The notes beneath the pieces are model-generated. The model saw nothing but the letters and a program-made list of their open reading frames with translations. It did not search any database and was not told the origin of the DNA. Shown here piece after piece: positions 8,849 to 16,391 of a stretch of 53,172 nucleotides of DNA. This DNA is from a virus (lineage: Duplodnaviria; Caudoviricetes), in the IMG/VR virus record IMGVR_UViG_3300032239_000223, positions 1 through 53,172 of that record. The stretch is one strand, 5' to 3'. A program made the translations under genes and the position numbers. The stretch's first letter is position 1; every line of letters starts with the position of its first letter.

Positions 8849-10717
8849 TTATATCTCACAGACGCCGGCCACGCAGGCAAGCATTTGAGCGCCTTCAACG
8901 TTATCCTTGTTCTCAGCAAACTGCGCCCACTCGATTGTTGGCATTTGCGCCAACAGTCGGTCGTAGTCTTCCTTGGTGCACTCCTCGTAGGGGGCCTGTC
9001 TGTACGTGCCGCCGTCGTGGGGCAAGAACGACACTCCTGACATTTCGTCAAAGTGGTCCCAAACAAACGCGCCCACCTTGGGCCACTCGCTCTCTTTGAC
9101 CGATATGGTCACAGAGGGCTTGTGTTCACACCAGTGGCGTTGGTACGTCAGCCACAGACCCAAGTGGTCAATGGCGTCAATGTCGTCGCGTGTGGTCAAA
9201 CCCTCTGGCGCCTTTTGTGGGAAGCTGAACACGATCGTGTTGTTGGGCTTCATCACGCAGGGCTCGTTGGGGATGCCTTGGGCAACCAAGAACTGGGACA
9301 GTGGGTCCTTCATGTCACCGCGCACGCGGCGGACATAGTAGGGTGAGTGGCGTGGGTGAATGCCACTTGCTGTGTCTGTCAACTGGCTCACTGTACCACT
9401 GGGCTTAACGGCTGTAATAGCTGTTGAGCGTGGGATACCAAGCAGGTCGGCGTACTCAGCGTTGGCCTGTTCAGCCACCAAACGCAACTGGGGCAACCAC
9501 AACTCGGCGCCGCTTGTGCTACTCGTGACCTTGTGGTCGTAAATGCCGGTCAAGGACACGCCCAACAAACGCTCTTCCTCGGTGTTTCGTTGCCAGACCT
9601 TACGCAGGTATGGGAAGTGTGTGAACGTGGCCTGTATGGTGCCTAAAATGGCCGCCATGCGCACCTTCTGCTTCAGGCTCTCCAGTGTGTCCTCAGGGCG
9701 CACCATAACCTCTGTCAAATTACAGAACTGGTAGGGGCGCAGAATGATCTCACTGCAGGGGTTTGTGCCAAACTCAAAGTTGGGGTCACGCTTGCCGTAC
9801 TTGGCCACCGCGGCCTTTGCGGCCTCGCGGTTAAAGATACCACGCTCGCCTGAGTGGCTGTTATACAGCGACGTCCACTCTTCCAAGAACGTGCCCACAG
9901 TGGGTTTGACGTCGTACACCGCGCTGTTGTTTGCCAGTGCTCGGTGGCCGGCGGTCTCCCACCAGTTGCCAGATTTGGCGTGGCGGATGCGCTCGTCGTT
10001 CAGGTCGGACAAAGAGATCATGGCCGAGCGGCGCACGCCGCCCACCACAACAACCTCGCCGATCTTGCACATTATGTCGTGGCACTCAAGCGTGTTCAGC
10101 TTGCGTCCCTGTGCGGCCTTGAAGATTTTGATTGTGAAGTGGAACAGGTCAACCAGTGGCTCTGGGCCCGATGCGCGGCCACCAAAGGTCTTCAGAGGCG
10201 CCCCTGCGGCACGCACCTTGCTCACGTCCCATTTTGGGATCTCGCCGGCGTACAGGTTGGCTAGTAACAGGCGGTATGACTTGGCCCAACCTTCTTTGCT
10301 GTCGTGCACGTTGATAACGTGTGTGGAATCAAACAGGCGCTCTGGCACGTCGGGCAGTTTGGTGGTGTACTTAGATTCCACAGAGAAGCCGACACCTGTA
10401 CCACAGAGCAGGATGAACATGGCTTCGTCAAACGACTTGACGTCGTCCACGGGGAGGTATGAGCAGTTGTATACACAGGTGTTGTCACGGTCGGCGGCTT
10501 TTCCAGAGGTCATCATGGCGCGCATTGACGGCATGATGTGATGGCCAGATATGGCGTTAAAAATGTCTTGATACAGCGCAGGATCAAGCTTGGGGGTCTT
10601 TTCAAAAATGTAGTTCACGTAGCGGTTTACAGTTTCGTTCCAGTCCTCACGTCGATTTTGATCTGGCATGAATTTAGCGTAACGGCTCTTGTGAATGTAT
10701 TGTTGGTATTGGTTCAT
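8849..10717 (-). CDS. nrdJ: Class II (adenosylcobalamin-dependent) ribonucleotide reductase
   Basis: YNCS, GTGVGFS, VVVGGVRRSAMISL, TNPCSEI, KPSGTVSQL, C-terminal CVAGVCE; no small subunit nearby. Confidence 0.92.
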   Translation of the reverse strand: MNQYQQYIHKSRYAKFMPDQNRREDWNETVNRYVNYIFEKTPKLDPALYQDIFNAISGHHIMPSMRAMMTSGKAADRDNTCVYNCSYLPVDDVKSFDEAMFILLCGTGVGFSVESKYTTKLPDVPERLFDSTHVINVHDSKEGWAKSYRLLLANLYAGEIPKWDVSKVRAAGAPLKTFGGRASGPEPLVDLFHFTIKIFKAAQGRKLNTLECHDIMCKIGEVVVVGGVRRSAMISLSDLNDERIRHAKSGNWWETAGHRALANNSAVYDVKPTVGTFLEEWTSLYNSHSGERGIFNREAAKAAVAKYGKRDPNFEFGTNPCSEIILRPYQFCNLTEVMVRPEDTLESLKQKVRMAAILGTIQATFTHFPYLRKVWQRNTEEERLLGVSLTGIYDHKVTSSTSGAELWLPQLRLVAEQANAEYADLLGIPRSTAITAVKPSGTVSQLTDTASGIHPRHSPYYVRRVRGDMKDPLSQFLVAQGIPNEPCVMKPNNTIVFSFPQKAPEGLTTRDDIDAIDHLGLWLTYQRHWCEHKPSVTISVKESEWPKVGAFVWDHFDEMSGVSFLPHDGGTYRQAPYEECTKEDYDRLLAQMPTIEWAQFAENKDNVEGAQMLACVAGVCEI

Positions 10718-10741
10718 TTTATGGTGATAAATTTTAGAGAC

Positions 10742-10769
10742 AAAAAAAGCCCACGCGTGAGAGTGGGCG
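10742..10769 (-). terminator. Intrinsic terminator
   Basis: Minus strand gcccac-loop-gtgggc followed by T7. Confidence 0.65.
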
Positions 10770-10785
10770 TCGGGTAAAGCAAAGA

Positions 10786-10965
10786 TTACTCTTCTGCTGT
10801 TTCTTTTACTTCTTCAGCGGCTTTCGCGGCTTCTAAAGCTTCTGCTTGTGGGCGGCCTTGGTCAACAATGGCCATGATGGTCATGTTCACGTCAGCAAAG
10901 GGAAGCTTGCCCAACAACATCAAAATGTGGTTGACTTCATCCACAGAAAATTCAAGTTTGATCAT
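10786..10965 (-). CDS. Small hypothetical protein (59 aa)
   Basis: MIKLEFSVDEVNHILMLLGKLPFADV..., read by hand. Confidence 0.7.
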   Translation of the reverse strand: MIKLEFSVDEVNHILMLLGKLPFADVNMTIMAIVDQGRPQAEALEAAKAAEEVKETAEE

Positions 10966-10991
10966 AATAAATGTTCAGTATATTAAACAAA

Positions 10992-11021
10992 TTGGGTTGT
11001 AGCCTATAAGCTACAACCCAA
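10992..11021. terminator. 12-bp stem hairpin downstream of the SSB gene
   Basis: ttgggttgtagc-ctataa-gctacaacccaa. Confidence 0.55.
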
Positions 11022-11029
11022 CGTCCTAC

Positions 11030-11542
11030 TTAAACCGCGAAGTCAGAGGCGGCAGAAGATCCACCACCCAAACGCTCGCCGTCTTCCAACTTTTGCAAGT
11101 TGCCCAAGCCGCAGGCAATCCCCTTGGAGCCCTGTTGGTTGTACGCGTAGAATGTCAAAGACACTCGGCCGTAGCAACCAGAATAAAACTCTTCTGGGTC
11201 AATGATCGCGTTCAACTCAGCGTCCACAACCCCGGGCTTTTGCACAGAGTTGGCGTTGATGAAAAACGCGTTTTGGTACGCGGTGTCGTCTTTCTCAGCG
11301 TCGCCGTCACGCAGGCCTCCTTTAAGGCCCTTTGGAACAGTGCCACCAAAATAGGCCGCGCTTGCCGCTTTGGCTTTTTCAAAAGCCGCGTTGATTTTGT
11401 CGATGGTCTCCTTGTCCTTCTTGTCGATAATCACCGACACAGAATACTTGGGGGTTTTGCCCTCTTCGCTTGCAACGGGTTTGAACACGTTAGCATAAGA
11501 AAAACGCACTTTACCGGTAACCACTTTTTCGTTCTTGGCCAT
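11030..11542 (-). CDS. Single-stranded DNA-binding protein, DUF2815 family
   Basis: VRFSYANVF, KYSV, LRDGD, YSGCYGRVS, GIACGLGNLQK, acidic/Phe C-terminus. Start MAKNEK after AGGAGG. Confidence 0.9.
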   Translation of the reverse strand: MAKNEKVVTGKVRFSYANVFKPVASEEGKTPKYSVSVIIDKKDKETIDKINAAFEKAKAASAAYFGGTVPKGLKGGLRDGDAEKDDTAYQNAFFINANSVQKPGVVDAELNAIIDPEEFYSGCYGRVSLTFYAYNQQGSKGIACGLGNLQKLEDGERLGGGSSAASDFAV

Positions 11543-11591
11543 CTTGGCCTCCTTGTTTACTAATTCGAGAGCACTTTGAAATAGGTGGCTC

Positions 11592-12716
11592 TCAAGACCC
11601 AAACTCTTCTTTCACTTTTGACGGGACCAACTTGGGCTCGCCTGCAGGTTTAACAATCAGGTCACCAAGAATATCTTGGAGGTGCCCCTTGCCCACCTGC
11701 TTTTCCAATTGTGCCACAGATTTTAAACTGGGTGTGGTAAATATATCATCAAATCCAGCTTTCTGTAACTTTTTTGCCGCATCCTCTTGCGATTCTATTT
11801 TACGGTTTGTGCTTGTCTGCCCCAACTCGTAACCAGTAGGCACTATGCCATGGTCTGTGGCCTGTGTCAACATAAAATCTTCAACGTCAGAAAGCCACTT
11901 GCGTGTTTTTGCCGCGTCTGCAAGCACCTTCATTAACTCGCTGTCTGACAAGAGTGCAGGCGCTTTAAAATCCGCCGCCGCGGCCATGTTGTTAAAGTCT
12001 GCGCGTGCCCTGCACTGTGACTTGGCCCTGCAAAATTGACAGTGGTCGCCTGCCACAAAATCACCTTGGCCGGCGTGTGCCTTTTTGGCCTTGGGTTTAA
12101 CCACGTGCTCGGCCCAATCCTTCAACTCATCCAACGTCACCGTTTCACTGGTGATGCTGTCTTTACGGGGTTGATGAATGGTGTACTCAACGTGGGTAAT
12201 GTTTGGGTATTCGTCTTTGTACTTGTACCAACCACCAAGGCCGTACAGCCTCAGTTGCGGGTTGTCCTCTGCGTCTACAGCCACACCCTTGCCGAACTTC
12301 AGGTCGATTACTCGAACCTTGTTCTCGCTCATTATGACCACGTCGGCGGTGCCGAAGCCGTCAGGCACCCACTCACTGAAGTCCACCCGTTGCTCAAAGT
12401 AAGGGGTGTCACCCTCACCAATTTGCGAACGAACGTAGAGCACGTAGTTGTCTACATACGCCTCAAACTCCTCATCGTAGTACGGCGTTGCCTTGACCTC
12501 TGCAATGGCCTCGTTGTACTCCTTGGCCGTCATCTGTCCAAAATGCCGGCGTAGCTTGGCCTCTGCCATGGTGTGGGCTGTGGTGCCCTCTTGGCTGAAG
12601 TCAAACGCGCCTGATCTTCGTTTAGGTTCGGGGAGTACGGCCTCTAGTCGCGCGCTTGGTGTGCATGACATCCAACGTTTGGACCCTGAGGCACTGAGTA
12701 GTGCGTGTGTAGCGAT
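11592..12716 (-). CDS. DUF2800 family PD-(D/E)XK nuclease (Cas4-like); apparent ATC start
   Basis: HALLSASGSKRW, EGTTAH, GFGTAD, IDLKFGKG, NPQLRLY, C-x2-C-x5-C. AAGGAG lies 6 nt upstream of ATC 12716. Confidence 0.85.
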   Translation of the reverse strand: MATHALLSASGSKRWMSCTPSARLEAVLPEPKRRSGAFDFSQEGTTAHTMAEAKLRRHFGQMTAKEYNEAIAEVKATPYYDEEFEAYVDNYVLYVRSQIGEGDTPYFEQRVDFSEWVPDGFGTADVVIMSENKVRVIDLKFGKGVAVDAEDNPQLRLYGLGGWYKYKDEYPNITHVEYTIHQPRKDSITSETVTLDELKDWAEHVVKPKAKKAHAGQGDFVAGDHCQFCRAKSQCRARADFNNMAAAADFKAPALLSDSELMKVLADAAKTRKWLSDVEDFMLTQATDHGIVPTGYELGQTSTNRKIESQEDAAKKLQKAGFDDIFTTPSLKSVAQLEKQVGKGHLQDILGDLIVKPAGEPKLVPSKVKEEFGS

Positions 12717-12740
12717 GATGCTCTCCTTTATGCAAAGGTG

Positions 12741-12760
12741 AAAAAAGCCCCTCTCGGGGC
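12741..12760 (-). terminator. Intrinsic terminator after the TerS-like gene
   Basis: Minus strand gcccc-gaga-ggggc-tttttt. A second hairpin, gtcggcactt/aagtgccgac, lies at 12770-12795. Confidence 0.7.
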
Positions 12761-12801
12761 TTACAAAATGTCGGCACTTATTGACAAGTGCCGACGATAT
12801 G

Positions 12802-13191
12802 TTACGCCGCTTTTTTAAGCGCCGTAATCAAGTCGGTAACCGCACCTGAAAAATCCAACACGACGTCTGCCTTGACTTCAAGCTTACTGCTCTTGTCGTC
12901 GCGGTAGTCAGAGGGGAATTGACCCCTCAACGCTATCTCAGCCACCCTGCTGTTAAATGCCTTGTTCTCCACGTTGGCAAGCAACTGGGTTTCCCAGTAG
13001 GCCTGTGAGTGGGTGATGGCCATGTCCAGTGCTTCAGCAAACTCTGGGTGGTTTTTCTTGAACGTCTGCGCGGCCGCGGAACTGATTCCGACGCTTGCAA
13101 ACATCATTTTTTGGGACGCGCCTACCTTGCCCAACTCTATCAGTTGGTCGCACATCTCCGTTTTGAACTCGTATTTGGATTTCGTTGCCAT
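12802..13191 (-). CDS. Putative terminase small subunit (HTH DNA-packaging protein)
   Basis: SKY...CDQLIELGKVG...HPEFAEAL...SQAYWE pattern typical of P22 gp3-like TerS. Confidence 0.6.
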   Translation of the reverse strand: MATKSKYEFKTEMCDQLIELGKVGASQKMMFASVGISSAAAQTFKKNHPEFAEALDMAITHSQAYWETQLLANVENKAFNSRVAEIALRGQFPSDYRDDKSSKLEVKADVVLDFSGAVTDLITALKKAA

Positions 13192-13228
13192 GGTGTATAC
13201 CTTATATTCAAGGCCTAAAAAGGCCTTT

Positions 13229-13267
13229 CCTATATAGAATTACCCATTTTGCGAGGGTTTCTCGACC
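13229..13267 (-). promoter_or_regulatory. Phage bipartite promoter copy (GGTCG-N15-ATGGGTAATT-CTATATAGG)
   Basis: Matches the motif at five other sites; upstream of the TerS-like gene. Confidence 0.65.
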
Positions 13268-13431
13268 TTCTGCACCTGAGTATTTGCGTCTCGCACCTGC
13301 GCACGGGCCTTGGCCTCGCGTAATGCCTCGTTTACCACCAATCTTGTCACCGCTCCGGCCATTTCCTGAATGCGTTGCTCTTTTGGTTTCACGCCCAAAG
13401 ACGTTAATAAATTTGTTGCTTCATTTGCCAT
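13240..13431 (-). CDS. Hypothetical protein
   Basis: 63 aa, coupled to neighbours. Confidence 0.6.
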   Translation of the reverse strand: MANEATNLLTSLGVKPKEQRIQEMAGAVTRLVVNEALREAKARAQVRDANTQVQKVEKPSQNG

Positions 13432-13625
13432 TATGCTAATCCTTTAGTTTGCTGTTCTCGAAACTTGCGTAAATCCCGCAGTATGAAATCACGTTCGTCT
13501 TCGTTCTCAAAGTGCCATATTGACAGCACGTCTTGATCTTTCTCGAACATGGGGTGCTTGGCGTCAACCTGAATGTCTATTGTAGGCCATCCTTGCTTGA
13601 CATACTCCACTATGTATCCGTTCAC
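13431..13625 (-). CDS. Hypothetical protein
   Basis: 64 aa, GTG start overlapping the upstream stop. Confidence 0.6.
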   Translation of the reverse strand: MNGYIVEYVKQGWPTIDIQVDAKHPMFEKDQDVLSIWHFENEDERDFILRDLRKFREQQTKGLA

Positions 13626-13915
13626 AATTTTAACTCCTTTCGTATTTTAGCAACCGCCGCCGCAAAATGATAGCGCCAGTATTTTTGGGTCACTGCCAGA
13701 TCGTGGTAGTTGTACCCTGACAGGTGCGCCTCAATGATTTCCCTTTGTTGTGGGGACAGCTTCTCCGCCACGACGTTGTACACGTCTTGGATGGTGTCTG
13801 GTCCCCACGGCGCCCACCCTGCGCCGGTAGTAGGTTCTGAGGACGAATCCTCGTGCTCAAGAGGATCCGGCTCTTCGTCTGAAAGCCTGCGGATGGTGGC
13901 GTTTACTTTGATCAT
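13622..13915 (-). CDS. Sigma70 region 4-like helix-turn-helix protein
   Basis: Acidic linker then VAEKLSPQQREIIEAHLSGYNYHDL...AAAVAKIRKEL, resembling L(S/P)xxxRxxI...GxxxxE...AxxKLR of sigma region 4. Confidence 0.55.
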   Translation of the reverse strand: MIKVNATIRRLSDEEPDPLEHEDSSSEPTTGAGWAPWGPDTIQDVYNVVAEKLSPQQREIIEAHLSGYNYHDLAVTQKYWRYHFAAAVAKIRKELKL

Positions 13916-15249
13916 TGAAATTTGAGCGCGTTCATTAACGCGTTTTGCATGTCGATCTTTCCTTCTAGCACGAACATGACCTGACTGTCAATGCTTTTCT
14001 GCATGGTCAAATGGTGAATAATTACAGGCTTTTCTTGCCCCTGTCGGAACAGGCGCGCGTTGGCTTGTAAGTAGTCTTCACTGGACCATGGCAGGTCAAA
14101 CCAAACGATCTGGGCCGTGTCTCCCACGTTGCACTGCAGGTTCAGGCCGATGCCCACGCTTTTAGGGTGGCAAAGTAGCACTGGGACCTTACCAGAGCGC
14201 CACAGGGCGATTGTTTTATCGTCGTCAGGGCTGAGTAGCACCGCGTTAGGAAAAACGCCCTGAAGCCGTTTTAGGCTGTGTTTAAAGTTATAGAACACGA
14301 TCGTGGGCGTGTCGTCTAACATGTCGGTCAGGTATTCCAGTTTGGTGTCGTGGATGTGCACAATGTCTTTGGTCTCTGAGTAGATTGCCCCCGCGGTCAT
14401 TTGCAACAGCTTGCCTGTTAGCACGCCGGCCGAGGCCGCGGTCAGTGTCTCCTCTTCCACCTCGACAACCATTTCTTTGCGCATGGTGTTGTAGGCCTGC
14501 TTGGCCTGCTTTTCCCACTCAATGGTGTGCACAATGTCTTGACGCTGTGGCATGGTCAGGTAGTCCTCTTTGCGCAGGGACACGCAAATGTCCCCGATCA
14601 GGGCGTCAATCTGTTCTTTGGCGTTGGGTCGTAACTTCCAACTCCACACCATACCGGTCCTACGATCTCTTGTCTCGGGCTCGAAGAACTTCTCTTTGTA
14701 TGAAGTCATCGATTTCCCTAGTCGTTGGCCCAAATCCAAAATACCTACTTGGGTCCACAGGTCTAGGTACGACTTCGGGGTCGGTGTTCCTGTAAGTATG
14801 TACCTGTGCTCGAAATTCTTCAAATGCCCTTTCAACGTCTTCCACCGTTTTGACGACGGGTTTTTGAACCTGCTCGACTCGTCGACCACTAATGTCCGCC
14901 AACGCGGCAATGAGGCTTGCTCGAACATCCAAACCACGTTTTCGACGTTGGTCAAATACACGGTCGAATCGCTCTGCAACGCTTTCATTCTTTCCTGTGG
15001 TGTTCCCACAATGAGGGCAAATTTCATCTTCTCTGTGTGCGTCCAATTTTGTGCTTCCTGTTTCCAAACGTTTTTAACGACGGCCTTTGGTCCAATGATC
15101 AGCGTCTTGCCCTCAAGTTGGCTGAGTATTGTCAGTGCCGTTATCGTCTTGCCCAGTCCCATGTCCATCAGCAGTCCCATGTGCGGCTTGACTTTGCTCT
15201 CCTGCACTAGGCGCTGTTGGTAGGGGTGTAAATTTTTTAATGTCAACAT
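13912..15249 (-). CDS. SNF2-family helicase
   Basis: LHPYQ, DMGLGKT, VVDESS, LTGTP, GLNLQ, QANARLFRQGQ. Confidence 0.93.
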   Translation of the reverse strand: MLTLKNLHPYQQRLVQESKVKPHMGLLMDMGLGKTITALTILSQLEGKTLIIGPKAVVKNVWKQEAQNWTHTEKMKFALIVGTPQERMKALQSDSTVYLTNVENVVWMFEQASLPRWRTLVVDESSRFKNPSSKRWKTLKGHLKNFEHRYILTGTPTPKSYLDLWTQVGILDLGQRLGKSMTSYKEKFFEPETRDRRTGMVWSWKLRPNAKEQIDALIGDICVSLRKEDYLTMPQRQDIVHTIEWEKQAKQAYNTMRKEMVVEVEEETLTAASAGVLTGKLLQMTAGAIYSETKDIVHIHDTKLEYLTDMLDDTPTIVFYNFKHSLKRLQGVFPNAVLLSPDDDKTIALWRSGKVPVLLCHPKSVGIGLNLQCNVGDTAQIVWFDLPWSSEDYLQANARLFRQGQEKPVIIHHLTMQKSIDSQVMFVLEGKIDMQNALMNALKFQ

Positions 15250-15731
15250 CAATAGCCTGCTCTTTCCCTTGCTGTAACGTCGTTAACAATGCGATGGCGC
15301 GTTGGACGAGTGATGTAGGTATTTGCAGGGTCGCCGATGGGGGGCGGTCGTGCACCTCCATTGTTTACCTCCTTTATCTTTTCGTGTGTCCAGTCCGCAA
15401 CCTTGTACAGATCCTCCTGTGTTGCGTTGGACTTGATTGTGTTTGCTCTGTTACTTAGCCACGCCACGTTGCCTTTGACGTACCCCTTTTCAGGGATGAT
15501 TTTGTCTAGGCTCGGTGAATCAGGGCCGCTCGATCCCACAGTGCCTGACTGACCAAAACCCCAAAGGATCTTGGTCTTAAACACCGGACAATAATCGGGC
15601 GCGATTGCGCACAGGTAGTTATGGTCCAACTCAAATGGAATACCTGCGGCAAGGGCGCGTCGTTTAACGTTGAACATTGTTTTGGCAATGTGGTTTCGTT
15701 TTTTAGCCTCGTGGGCTTCGTCGTCGGTCAT
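15249..15731 (-). CDS. Putative free-standing HNH-type endonuclease
   Basis: CPVF...SPSLDKIIPEKGYVKGNVAWLSNRANTIKS. Confidence 0.7.
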   Translation of the reverse strand: MTDDEAHEAKKRNHIAKTMFNVKRRALAAGIPFELDHNYLCAIAPDYCPVFKTKILWGFGQSGTVGSSGPDSPSLDKIIPEKGYVKGNVAWLSNRANTIKSNATQEDLYKVADWTHEKIKEVNNGGARPPPIGDPANTYITRPTRHRIVNDVTARERAGY

Positions 15732-16009
15732 AGCAGGTTAACGAATTCGTCGACCTCTTGCTCGCTCATCAAGACGTGCGTGAACACCCCCTGACTGAGA
15801 AGCACCTTGTGTATGAACTCCTGCTTTGCGCTTAGTTCTCCCTTTGGGTCTTTCAACTCCACTGGGATTATCTGGCCCTTGTAGAACACTAGCCTGTCCG
15901 GCACCCCCGTCGTCGACGGGCTTACCCACTTCAGGCACAGGCCCCCCTTCTCCTTGATCTTTTTTACCAGTCTTTGTTCTATTTTCTTTTCGTTTTGCAA
16001 TTTTGGCAA
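15728..16009 (-). CDS. VRR-NUC domain nuclease
   Basis: EKKIE...GG...KWVSP...GVPDR...VELK...Q motif. Confidence 0.88.
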   Translation of the reverse strand: MPKLQNEKKIEQRLVKKIKEKGGLCLKWVSPSTTGVPDRLVFYKGQIIPVELKDPKGELSAKQEFIHKVLLSQGVFTHVLMSEQEVDEFVNLL

Positions 16010-16391
16010 CCTCCACTAAACAGGCCGTGAACATTTGACGCACCAACCATTCGGTCAGGTACGCCCTTGACTCTTCACCAAAGTCCTCCACCTCTTCACC
16101 AATGTGTTCAAGCACACGCGCCACAACGTGTGTGGCCTCATGCGCCACAACGCTGGCCAACAGGGCCGCGTTGTCAATGCACTCTACCAAGCTGAACACC
16201 ACGACGACAATAGCCTCCTTACTTGTAGAAAAACTATGTGTCTCCGCGATGCCCAACTCCAGTGGCGCCATCTCCGGCTGTGCCGCTATGCCGTGGTCCT
16301 TCAGCACCTTATAGAACGCCTTTGATGTAAAGCACATCTTTACAGGCACCGGAAAGAAACCAACGTCTACATGAAAATATGCGTCACTCAA
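15738..16391 (-). CDS. Hypothetical protein with HExxH motif; 3' part overlaps VRR-NUC
   Basis: VAHEATHVV followed by EESRAYL, zincin-like. Start coupled to the primase stop. Confidence 0.6.
   Translation of the reverse strand: MSDAYFHVDVGFFPVPVKMCFTSKAFYKVLKDHGIAAQPEMAPLELGIAETHSFSTSKEAIVVVVFSLVECIDNAALLASVVAHEATHVVARVLEHIGEEVEDFGEESRAYLTEWLVRQMFTACLVEVAKIAKRKENRTKTGKKDQGEGGPVPEVGKPVDDGGAGQASVLQGPDNPSGVERPKGRTKRKAGVHTQGASQSGGVHARLDERARGRRIR

Noticed and set aside
9744-10541. Long antisense ORFs (9744-10541, also 1577-2380, 33986-34768, 48067-48984, 50239-50913)
   Set aside because: Shadow frames opposite well-supported genes, without RBS or recognisable motifs.
11592-12716. Cas4 of a CRISPR system
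   Set aside because: Context (SSB, polymerase A, SNF2, VRR-NUC) is a standard phage replication module.
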